The notes below the pieces were generated by a model, which was given only the letters and a program-made list of their open reading frames with translations, made no database searches and was not told the origin of the DNA. A program made the position numbers and the translations under genes. 64,000 nt of DNA from an archaeon (GTDB lineage: Archaea; Micrarchaeota; Micrarchaeia; Anstonellales; Anstonellaceae). The DNA is taken from assembly GCA_020056635.1 (NCBI GenBank), contig JAGVHI010000003.1, positions 28,638 through 92,637 on the forward strand. Reading direction: 5' to 3'. Positions 1 through 7,958 of this stretch are shown one piece after another (the stretch's first letter is position 1; every line of letters begins with the position of its first letter).

Positions 1-812
1 GAAAGCTCATCAATGAAAAGCACCCCTTCATGCGCCTCGTGCACCGCCCCCGGGACTATGCGCGTGTAGGGCTGCGTGCCAAGCTCCTCGTGCCCGCCGT
101 ACGGGTCGTGGCGCACGTCCCCGAGCAGCTCGGTTTCGGATGCGCCGGTTGCCTGCACAAACGTGGAGCGCGTGATTGGCACAATCACCTTGCGGGGCTG
201 CGTGCGCTCGAAGCGCTGCAATTTCTGGAGCTCCTGCTGCGAGAGCACGCGCGCCTTGTCGCGCCCTGCGCGCTCGAACACCACCACCTGCTCCCTGCCG
301 TTCACCATGTGAGTGGTTTGCACACGGTCCTCCTGGACGACTGTGTCGAAATTCGCAATCAGGTCGTCAAAAGGGGATTCCTCCTTCCTGTACTTGTCAG
401 CCCCGCACTTTGGGCACGCAGCAGAATCGGCAAACGAGAATGCCCCGCACCTCCTGCACCTAAAGCCAAGCTTCTCAGCAACATGGAGCGGGATTTCGGA
501 TGCGGAAACCACCCTGCCAAGCGCCTTTGCAAGCCGCTCGTTTTTTATTTCGCTTGCAACCCGCACCTCGATTATTGGGCGCTCGGGGCGCTCGAAATTA
601 TGCAATACCGAAATTTCCTGCGTCGGCTTTGGGATAAGGGAGGCAACAGCCTGCGCAATCATGCTTTTCCCGGTCCCAGGCGGGCCCACAAGAAGGAGGT
701 GCCGTTTCTGCTTTGAGACTATTTTTGCTATCCGGATTGCCTCGTCCTGCCCGATTATCTGCTCAATCGGGCTTTTTGGGATCGGTATTTGGGATGTGTC
801 CCGGGCTGCCAT
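1..812 (-). CDS. Archaeal Lon-type (LonB-like) ATP-dependent protease/ATPase, N-terminal part (runs off the window start)
   Basis: Manual translation (not in the ORF track): MAARDTSQIPIPKSPIEQIIGQDEA, Walker A GPPGTGKS, ASETELLGDVRHDPYGG, PGAVHEAHEGVLFIDELS (Walker B). Confidence 0.85.
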   Translation of the reverse strand, partial: MAARDTSQIPIPKSPIEQIIGQDEAIRIAKIVSKQKRHLLLVGPPGTGKSMIAQAVASLIPKPTQEISVLHNFERPERPIIEVRVASEIKNERLAKALGRVVSASEIPLHVAEKLGFRCRRCGAFSFADSAACPKCGADKYRKEESPFDDLIANFDTVVQEDRVQTTHMVNGREQVVVFERAGRDKARVLSQQELQKLQRFERTQPRKVIVPITRSTFVQATGASETELLGDVRHDPYGGHEELGTQPYTRIVPGAVHEAHEGVLFIDEL

Positions 813-867
813 GTGCCCATTTCGCAACGAAGCATTATTAAAATTGGCAAGCATATGCTTTCCTCGT

Positions 868-1052
868 GCCATAGTAGCTCAACCTGGGAGAGCAATCGGC
901 TGAAGACCGATGTGTTGCTGGTTCAAGCCCCTTTTTCTTTCTTGAGAAGAAAGAAAAAGGCCCTTGGGTTCAAAAAGAAAGAAAACGAGAGCAAAAACTC
1001 TCTGCTTCGAAATAAGGAATCCGATGGCTGCCAAAAAATCCGGCCTATGGCA
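868..1052 (+). tRNA. tRNA-Phe(GAA) with 111-nt intron in the T-loop (925-1035, position 56/57)
   Basis: Acceptor GCCATAG/CTATGGC+A, D-arm GCTC..GAGC, anticodon arm ATCGG-CTGAAGA-CCGAT. Removing 925-1035 restores the T-arm GCTGG-TTCAAAT-CCGGC. Confidence 0.9.
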
Positions 1053-1095
1053 TTTTTTTACATTTATAAATTGATTTATCGAATATACACATGCT

Positions 1096-1169
1096 GCGAC
1101 CGTAGTCTAGCCTGGTTAGGATCCGAGATTGCCAATCTCGAGAGCCGGGTTCAAATCCCGGCGGTCGCA
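1096..1169 (+). tRNA. tRNA-Gly(GCC), no intron
   Basis: GCGACCG/CGGTCGC+A acceptor, CGAGA-TTGCCAA-TCTCG anticodon arm, CCGGG-TTCAAAT-CCCGG T-arm; AT-rich TATA-like sequence upstream. Confidence 0.93.
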
Positions 1170-1258
1170 TTCCGAACCCAGGGGGCACCTGCGGTTCCCC
1201 CTAGGTTTGAGGTTCTTCCGTAACCCCCTCGCCAAGACAGTCTTTGCTTCATGCAGAT

Positions 1259-2413
1259 TCAGCCTTTTACAGCAATGCATGAAATTTCCACTTCAACCCC
1301 GAACGGCAGCTTCGCTGGCTGCACTACCTCTATCACCGGCAGGCTCGGCCCGAAAAAATCGGAGAGTGGGCCTTCAATTTTCCCGAGGTTGCCAAGATCC
1401 GAGAGGAAAACTGTCGCTGCAACCGCATCAGTTGGAGATGTTCCTGCAGCCGCAAAAACTTTCTTTAGGTTCCCGAGAACAGTAGCTGCCTGCTCTTCGA
1501 GCGTTCCTTCTTTGCAGATTTGCCCTGCAGTAAATACAGTGCCGTTGATTTCAACTGCATGCGAATAGGGGCCAACAGGGTCAGGCAGGCCTGGAGCGGA
1601 GATTATTCGCTTGCTCTGCGCAGCACCATGCTCTGCGATTAATGAAATTTCCACGCCAACCCCTTTTGGGAGCATTGCCATCTCCACAACTTCCCTTGCG
1701 GGTGGGCTTTGTGGGAAGAATGTCCCGTATACCTGATTCATTGCCCCAAAATCCCCAAAGTTGTCCAGATAGCCGTTGGCTTTTACTACATCAGCCATGC
1801 CCATGCCTGCGGATTTTAGCACTGCTTCAAGCTGCCTTAGGACTGCCTGCGCCTGCCCTTCGATTCCCTGCTCAGGCGAGGAAATCTGCCCGGAGAGATA
1901 GAGCCTGCTGCCTGCCATATATGCCTGCACATACGGGCCGATGGGAGCAGGAGCCTCTTGCGAGAGCACCACGTTTTTTGGCTCTGCCGAGGCGATGAGG
2001 GATACCTGCAGGTGCGCGTCTCCGGGCAATGCCGCCACCTGCACGCACTCGCGCGCCGGCTTATGATTGCCAAAAAAAGCAGCATATGCCTCATTGAAGG
2101 CGCCAAAATCGCCCATGCTTTTTAGGAAAACCCGGGCTTTTACTATGTCGGTTAGACTGAACCCTTTTGCTTGGAGCATCTCGAGTGAATGGGCGAGCGC
2201 TTCCTTTGTGCTCTCTGCAACTGTTCCCCGCGCTCCGAGTATGCCGGAAGTGAAAACAAGCTTGCTTGTGCCGCACAGGCCTGCGCCGAAAAGGCATTTG
2301 CTGGAATCCATTCTCAAGAGTCTCACCCCGCTTTCAGTTAGAACGCCAGTGTTTATAGGAGCGCCATTTGTAGCTGCCCCATTCGGGCTGCCGGATTCTG
2401 AGCGTCTTAGCAT
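1259..2413 (-). CDS. Protein with three tandem RidA/YjgF/UK114 domains
   Basis: Three repeats of (GPY)..SGQI..VKA.V(F/Y)L..DF..N..Y..FF...PAR..V..LP....VEIS.IA. Confidence 0.9.
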   Translation of the reverse strand: MLRRSESGSPNGAATNGAPINTGVLTESGVRLLRMDSSKCLFGAGLCGTSKLVFTSGILGARGTVAESTKEALAHSLEMLQAKGFSLTDIVKARVFLKSMGDFGAFNEAYAAFFGNHKPARECVQVAALPGDAHLQVSLIASAEPKNVVLSQEAPAPIGPYVQAYMAGSRLYLSGQISSPEQGIEGQAQAVLRQLEAVLKSAGMGMADVVKANGYLDNFGDFGAMNQVYGTFFPQSPPAREVVEMAMLPKGVGVEISLIAEHGAAQSKRIISAPGLPDPVGPYSHAVEINGTVFTAGQICKEGTLEEQAATVLGNLKKVFAAAGTSPTDAVAATVFLSDLGNLGKIEGPLSDFFGPSLPVIEVVQPAKLPFGVEVEISCIAVKG

Positions 2414-2490
2414 TGAATCACCCCAATAACAAGGGATGTATTTGGCTCAGAATGCATATAAATACTCGTTACCACATATAATCGACGCTC

Positions 2491-2898
2491 ATGAGATTCG
2501 CACTCACAATAAGCGGGCAGCCTTGCACTTTTGATATAGTAATCAGAACGCCGCCCCGTGCGCTTATAACTGGACCGCCAACTGAATTCCTGAGAACGAA
2601 GAGCGCGCTTGGTGGGCAGGATGAGAGGGTAATAAGCGGCACAGTCAGGAGGTTGCTTGGAAGCGCGTTTGCAGGGGAAAGGAAGCGCGGAGTGGAGATG
2701 CTTGGAACTGATGAGCAGGTGCTGGTGAGGGCTTATGAGGAATATCCGAATGCGAGGGAGCTTGTGCTGCAGAAAGGCGAGCGTTTGGTGTCCGAAAAGA
2801 GGGCAGCGGGCGATGCATTGCTAATTCTTGTAGCCCTCGGCTCCAAAGACCCGCGTGTGAAAGAGAAAGCAAATGAGCGATTGTGCGGGGGCTGCTGA
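2491..2898 (+). CDS. Hypothetical protein
   Basis: 135-aa ATG ORF filling the gap after a TATA-like motif; no recognisable family. Confidence 0.6.
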   Translation: MRFALTISGQPCTFDIVIRTPPRALITGPPTEFLRTKSALGGQDERVISGTVRRLLGSAFAGERKRGVEMLGTDEQVLVRAYEEYPNARELVLQKGERLVSEKRAAGDALLILVALGSKDPRVKEKANERLCGGC

Positions 2899-2970
2899 AT
2901 TGAGATTAGGTTATTAAATTTTGTAGCCATTCTAATGTAGCTGTGTTATACTGTTTGTGGGGGGGATTGC

Positions 2971-4365
2971 GTGGGTCGGGAAACGAATTTAATCCATGGA
3001 TTGCCAGAGCCGTTCAAAATAAAAGTAGTGGAGCCGTTGGTGGTCCCGTCTCCTGAGAGGAGGAAGGAAGCGATTAGGGAAGCGGGGTATAATACCTTCC
3101 TGCTGCGCTCGGATGATGTTTACATTGATTTGCTCACGGATTCAGGGACTGCCGCGATGTCGGACAACCAGTGGGCAGGAATGATGCTTGGGGACGAGGC
3201 ATACGCTGGCAGCAAGAATTTCTATACTCTGGAAAAATCAATCCAGGATGTGCTGGGGTTCCCGTACATAGTTCCGACCCATCAGGGAAGAGGCGCGGAG
3301 CACCTGATTTCAAGGGCATTGATAAAAAAGCCAGGGCTGCTGGTCCCAAGAAATATGTATTTCACCACTTCGAAGGAGCACGTGGAGCTTCAGGGCGCAA
3401 GCATGCCCGATGTCGTTATCGATGAGGCGCACGACCCGGAATCCATGCTGCCGTTCAAGGGGAACGTAGATATTGCAAAATTGAAGAAAGTGATTGAGCA
3501 GAACGGGGCTGAAAAAATCGCCTTTGTTTATGTGGAAATGAACGTGAACATGGCGGGCGGGCAGCCTGTCTCGATGGCAAACGCGCGCGAGGTCTCAAAG
3601 CTGTGCAAGGAGAAAGGAATAAAGCTCGTGTTCGATGCCACCCGCTCAAGCGAAAACGCTTTCTTCATCAAGGAGCGCGAGGAGGGGTATGCGAAAAAAA
3701 CGGTCGTGGAGATACTGAATGAGCTCATGGGCTATGCGGATGCGTGCATATACAGCGCGAAAAAGGACTGCCTTGTGAATATCGGGGGGTTCATCGGGAC
3801 CCGGGATATTGGGATATTCGAGGCCACACGGGAAATGGTAGTGACATATGAGGGGCTGCATACGTATGGGGGCATGGCTGGAAGGGATATGGAGGCCGTG
3901 GCGCGGGGCCTGAGGGAAGGGGCGCAATACGAGTATTTGAAATATCGGATTGGGCAGACCAATTATTTGGGCAAGATGCTTATGGATGCGGGAGTGCCGA
4001 TAGTCAAGCCAGTAGGGAGCCATGCGGTTTTCCTAAATGCGCTCAAATTCGTGCCGCACATTCCGAGGGAGCAGTGGCCTTCACAGGCGCTTGCGGCGGC
4101 AATCTATGAGGACTCGGCCGTGCGGAGCATGGAGCGCGGCGCGGTCTCGAAAGGGAGGGACAAGAACACAAAGGAGAACATTTTCCCGAAGCTCGAGCTC
4201 GTGCGGCTCACCATCCCAAGAAGGGTTTACACAAACACGCATATGGAATATGTGGCGGAATCCATAATCCACCTGCACGAGCACAAGGACGAGATAAAGG
4301 GGCTGAAAATGGTGTACGAGCCGCCTGCGCTTAGGTTCTTCCAGGCAAAGTTCGAGCAGGTCTGA
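2971..4365 (+). CDS. tpl: Tyrosine phenol-lyase (PLP beta-eliminating lyase; tryptophanase family)
   Basis: EAGYNTFLL..IDLLTDSGT, GDEAYAGS, NMYFTT, SAKKD (PLP Lys), VRSMERG and LRFF; the last motifs match TPL rather than TnaA. Confidence 0.9.
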   Translation: MGRETNLIHGLPEPFKIKVVEPLVVPSPERRKEAIREAGYNTFLLRSDDVYIDLLTDSGTAAMSDNQWAGMMLGDEAYAGSKNFYTLEKSIQDVLGFPYIVPTHQGRGAEHLISRALIKKPGLLVPRNMYFTTSKEHVELQGASMPDVVIDEAHDPESMLPFKGNVDIAKLKKVIEQNGAEKIAFVYVEMNVNMAGGQPVSMANAREVSKLCKEKGIKLVFDATRSSENAFFIKEREEGYAKKTVVEILNELMGYADACIYSAKKDCLVNIGGFIGTRDIGIFEATREMVVTYEGLHTYGGMAGRDMEAVARGLREGAQYEYLKYRIGQTNYLGKMLMDAGVPIVKPVGSHAVFLNALKFVPHIPREQWPSQALAAAIYEDSAVRSMERGAVSKGRDKNTKENIFPKLELVRLTIPRRVYTNTHMEYVAESIIHLHEHKDEIKGLKMVYEPPALRFFQAKFEQV

Positions 4366-4512
4366 TTGCTAGGCTAGGGAGCCAAGTCCGAAAGATTTCG
4401 GCTGGTTCAAAGAGGCGCAGCCGCACTCGCTTCTTTTCCACAACCATGCCACTGGTGCGGTGGGTTTCTCACAACTGACCACCTTATATACTTCCGAGTG
4501 CATAATTTGGTT

Positions 4513-4710
4513 ATGGGAACAGAAGAAAAACAGATGGTAATCAGCGAGTGGGACAAGCACATTGAGAAGAATTCCCGCAAGTACGAGATTGCGTCTTTTA
4601 GCTCTGTGAAGGAGGAGGAGTACCGCAAGGGCTTTCGAAGGGATATAGTCAACTTCGTGAAGCTTACGCTAGAGGAGAAGCTCCAAATCCTAAAGTACAC
4701 AGGCCTGTGA
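4513..4710 (+). CDS. Small hypothetical protein
   Basis: ATG ORF after a TTATATA box, ending next to the convergent gene with a T-tract. Confidence 0.5.
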   Translation: MGTEEKQMVISEWDKHIEKNSRKYEIASFSSVKEEEYRKGFRRDIVNFVKLTLEEKLQILKYTGL

Positions 4711-4731
4711 GTTTTCCTTCTTTTTTCAGTT

Positions 4732-6324
4732 TTATTTTTTGCTGCGCCCTAAGTTGTAAATATCCAGCGCTAGGTCGTGTTTCGAATCCAGGGAGCGGCT
4801 AATTGCTGAAAGGGCCAGCTGTTTCATTTCAAGGAATTTCTCACGCCCCACCTCGACATTGCCGATTGAGTAGCGCTTGTTCTTGGTGTTGAAGCAGAAC
4901 ATGCAGTCTGTGAGGTTTTCGCAATTGTGGCAATAGAGACAGTCGGAGCAAGTGCGGCAGGAGTCCATCTCAAAGCAGCGCCTAAGCTTCACTGACCAGT
5001 AGCAGTTTATGCAGAACTCCGAATCGAGAAGCGAGGTGCAGCCAAACGCATGCTCCGTGCTGCGGGGCCAGAAGGTGTAACCGCAGTATTTTGAATAGAC
5101 CGCAGGGGAGGAGCGGTAGCAGTTTGTGGAGCTGCTCGAGGTTGCGACATCAATGAGGTTTGAGTGCGTGCCCTCCTGGTACTCGCTTGTGAAGAACGCG
5201 ATTGGGGAAATTTTTTCGTGGGAATTGGAAAGTGTTAGGGATGTGGCCTCGCCTTCGCCAATTTTTGCCTGCTCGCCTAATGCAATGGCCTCTTCGCGCT
5301 TGAGCAATCTTTCTTTAGGGATTTCGAAATAGGATGCATAATCGTAGCGCACGACTTTCTTTTTGCTGAATGCGGAGGGGATGTATTCGATTTTGCGCGT
5401 GTGGCGCATGAGCCATTCTGAGTACGCATCCATGTCACCGGAAGGCGGTTTTCCAAACAGGAGGGAATAGGTTTTGGCAAATGCGGTTTCCATGGGCCGT
5501 TTGTCAGTTGGCTCAGGCTTCTGGGTTTGCAATGTGATTTCCGGCTTCATTCCACTGCACTTTGCAGCGATATCTACAAGAGCAGGCAGCTTCTTCTTCT
5601 TTTTCAGCATGTGGGCCATTTCGGAGAGCAGTTTTTCCCTTATCTGCGCGTATTTTTCTGGAGGCAGCTCAAGGTTCCCGATTGCGTGGCGCCTGTTCTT
5701 GACGTTGAAGCAGAACATGCAGTCCTGGCAAGTGTCGAGGTTGTGGGAGTAGTAGCAGTCGGAGCAGTTCTGCGCCATCCAAAGCTCCAAGCACCGCTTG
5801 TCACGGAATGTCTCGAAGCAGTTTATGCAGTGCGCAGATTCCCCAATCGCGTTGCCGCCGAAGCACTCCTCATTCAATCGCCCGTGAGTGGAATATGCCA
5901 TGTACTTGCAGTCGTTGTAAAGCCCGGTCTGGTGCATGAAATAGGAATCGGAGATGTTAGAGCTTCGTTCGACCTGCCCGGAATTGCCAAGAATGATATT
6001 GCCTGCGTAATAGAAGCGGTCGGAGAGGGAGGAGAGGAGCGAATCGATGTCTTTTATCTCATTTAGCGAGAGAGGCTCAAATTTCTTGTTGAAATCAATC
6101 TCTTCCAGCCCGACCCATTTTGAATTTTCTGAATATTCGGAAATAGCGTACGCAATCTCGCTGCCGCAAACGCTTGATTTCCGGTATTTCATTGGCAGAT
6201 TGAACCGGGTGAGCCAGGGGATGTAATCCGAGAGCGGGCCGATGTCCTGCTTGAAAATGACCCGAGAGACGCTGCGCCATTTCTTTTCCAATACAGGGAG
6301 GCATTCGGAATCCATTGGGAGCAC
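4732..6324 (-). CDS. Cysteine-rich repeat protein with two internally duplicated halves
   Basis: Repeated CxxC/CxxS units; CSDCYYSHNLDTCQDCMFCFNVKNRRHAIGN is paralleled by CSDCLYCHNCENLTDCMFCFNTKNKRYSIGN. Confidence 0.8.
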   Translation of the reverse strand: MLPMDSECLPVLEKKWRSVSRVIFKQDIGPLSDYIPWLTRFNLPMKYRKSSVCGSEIAYAISEYSENSKWVGLEEIDFNKKFEPLSLNEIKDIDSLLSSLSDRFYYAGNIILGNSGQVERSSNISDSYFMHQTGLYNDCKYMAYSTHGRLNEECFGGNAIGESAHCINCFETFRDKRCLELWMAQNCSDCYYSHNLDTCQDCMFCFNVKNRRHAIGNLELPPEKYAQIREKLLSEMAHMLKKKKKLPALVDIAAKCSGMKPEITLQTQKPEPTDKRPMETAFAKTYSLLFGKPPSGDMDAYSEWLMRHTRKIEYIPSAFSKKKVVRYDYASYFEIPKERLLKREEAIALGEQAKIGEGEATSLTLSNSHEKISPIAFFTSEYQEGTHSNLIDVATSSSSTNCYRSSPAVYSKYCGYTFWPRSTEHAFGCTSLLDSEFCINCYWSVKLRRCFEMDSCRTCSDCLYCHNCENLTDCMFCFNTKNKRYSIGNVEVGREKFLEMKQLALSAISRSLDSKHDLALDIYNLGRSKK

Positions 6325-6430
6325 CGCTAGGAATTGCAGGGCTATGGATAAAAAATTAGGTTGGACATACGTCCAATCTCAGCCCAAGGGGGCGCTGCCC
6401 CCTTAGTCCGAGACCGCCCAACCCCCCGAA

Positions 6431-7111
6431 TCAGAGCTTTTTCAAAAACTGCTCAAGCGCATAAGGGAATAATTTCGATTCTGCACGCCTTAATCTCTCC
6501 TGAAGGCTCCGCCTGCTCACCTTCGCAACTGATGCGAGCTTGGAGAGGGTCGCTCCCCTTGGCCATGAATAATAATTGTTTATCAGCGCAATCTTCACTG
6601 CCTCTGCCTGCTTGTCCGTCAATGCGGGAAGCAAATTGCGGCCCTTAAAATCGCCGATTTTCATCACTTTCACATCCCCGATTGCGGAAAGCTCGGAGAG
6701 CATTTTGCCAATCCTGCCCGGGTCCGGGGCAATTACATTGTGGATTTCGTATCCTGCCTTCGCAGTGATGTTCTGCCCGTAGGTAACGCCGTTTGTGAGA
6801 ACCGCATCATAAGTTGAGCTTACGCCCTTGAACCGGAGCAGAATGGATGCTGAAGTTTTCCTTTTTTCGAGTATATGGAGCTTTATGGTTGCCTTGTCAT
6901 TCTTGACATAGCGGAGATATTCCTCGAGCTCGGATGGGGAAGAGGCCCTGATGTCCCAAAGAAGCGAATAGTCTATGTTAGAGGGTCGCTTGGAAAGGTA
7001 AACCACTGGGGAGAGCTGTTCAAGTTCGATTCCGGGAAATTTTTCGCAGCCAAGGCTGGTCTGGCATTCGTGGTGGAAAACGCCGATTGTAGCAGCCTTT
7101 ATTCTTTCCAT
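6431..7111 (-). CDS. Transcriptional regulator with C-terminal HTH_10 (bacterio-opsin activator-type) domain
   Basis: LTDKQAEAVKIALINNYYSWPRGATLSKLA...SLQERLRRAESKL. Confidence 0.88.
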   Translation of the reverse strand: MERIKAATIGVFHHECQTSLGCEKFPGIELEQLSPVVYLSKRPSNIDYSLLWDIRASSPSELEEYLRYVKNDKATIKLHILEKRKTSASILLRFKGVSSTYDAVLTNGVTYGQNITAKAGYEIHNVIAPDPGRIGKMLSELSAIGDVKVMKIGDFKGRNLLPALTDKQAEAVKIALINNYYSWPRGATLSKLASVAKVSRRSLQERLRRAESKLFPYALEQFLKKL

Positions 7112-7201
7112 GTTATTATGCCATTTGCCAAATATTTAAATCTATCACTAGCCCTTGGCGGGGCGAATGATTAAAATAGGGGGGCGAGATTAGGATGCAT
7201 T

Positions 7202-7957
7202 ATGGCATTTGAGATGATAGTTGTCGCGACATTGTGGGCAAGCGCGGTTTCGTTCGTTGGAATCTCTTTCATTTTCCTAAACGAGAGGTACCTGAGAGTT
7301 TCTATAACATTGCTTGCAAGGCTTGCTGCTGGAGCGCTCCTTGCGGCAGTTTTCTTATCGCTCCTGCCGTCCGCCCTTTTGGGCCTTGGGCCCCAGGCTG
7401 CGATGATTGCGGTGTTTGCAGGGGTGGTTGGGTTCTTCGTGACGGAAAAAAGCATTGGCTGGCACCACCACCACGATATCCATACGAGGGGGCTTGAGGC
7501 TCCGCTCGGCTGGCGCAATTACATAGGGGATGGGATACACAACCTTTGTGACGGGGTGGCAATAGGATCCGCGTTCTTGGTCAGCCAGCCTGCAGGGATG
7601 ATTGCGACGCTTGCAGTCATAATGCACGAGATTCCGCAGGAAATCGGGGATTTCGGGCTGATGCTGCGAAGCGGGTTTGACAAGCAGAAAGCAATCGTGT
7701 TCAACGCATTTTCTGCGCTTCTGCTCGTATCGGGCGGGGTGGGCTTCTTTGCAGCGTATTATTACCTGCTCCCGTTTGTGCAGAATTTGGAGTTCTACGG
7801 CATGGCGTTTGCGTGCGGCATGTTCCTCTACATTGCGATAACCGACCTGATTCCGGACGTGCACAAGGACACGCCCAAGGGATGGCTGCACACCCAGCTT
7901 GCGCTTGTGCTGCTTGGGATAATGCTGATTGCAAGCGTTGCGATTTTCGTGAAATAG
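7202..7957 (+). CDS. ZIP family divalent metal transporter
   Basis: Hydrophobic protein; WHHHH loop, GDGIHNLCDGVAIG, HEIPQEIGDF, GMFLYIA. Confidence 0.92.
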   Translation: MAFEMIVVATLWASAVSFVGISFIFLNERYLRVSITLLARLAAGALLAAVFLSLLPSALLGLGPQAAMIAVFAGVVGFFVTEKSIGWHHHHDIHTRGLEAPLGWRNYIGDGIHNLCDGVAIGSAFLVSQPAGMIATLAVIMHEIPQEIGDFGLMLRSGFDKQKAIVFNAFSALLLVSGGVGFFAAYYYLLPFVQNLEFYGMAFACGMFLYIAITDLIPDVHKDTPKGWLHTQLALVLLGIMLIASVAIFVK

Positions 7958-7958
7958 G

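Noticed and set aside
30-903. Plus-strand ORFs 30-716 and 313-903
   Set aside because: They are antisense shadows of the minus-strand Lon-type gene, which has clear motifs.
789-1223. 144-aa ORF
   Set aside because: It overlaps tRNA-Phe, its intron and tRNA-Gly; no protein signal.
1168-1240. CATTCCGAACCC resembles the conserved 5S rRNA loop
   Set aside because: It overlaps the tRNA-Gly 3' end, and the flanks do not form 5S helices.
4366-4500. Hairpin and short minus-strand ORF after tpl
   Set aside because: An imperfect stem with no recognisable RNA motif; the evidence is too weak.
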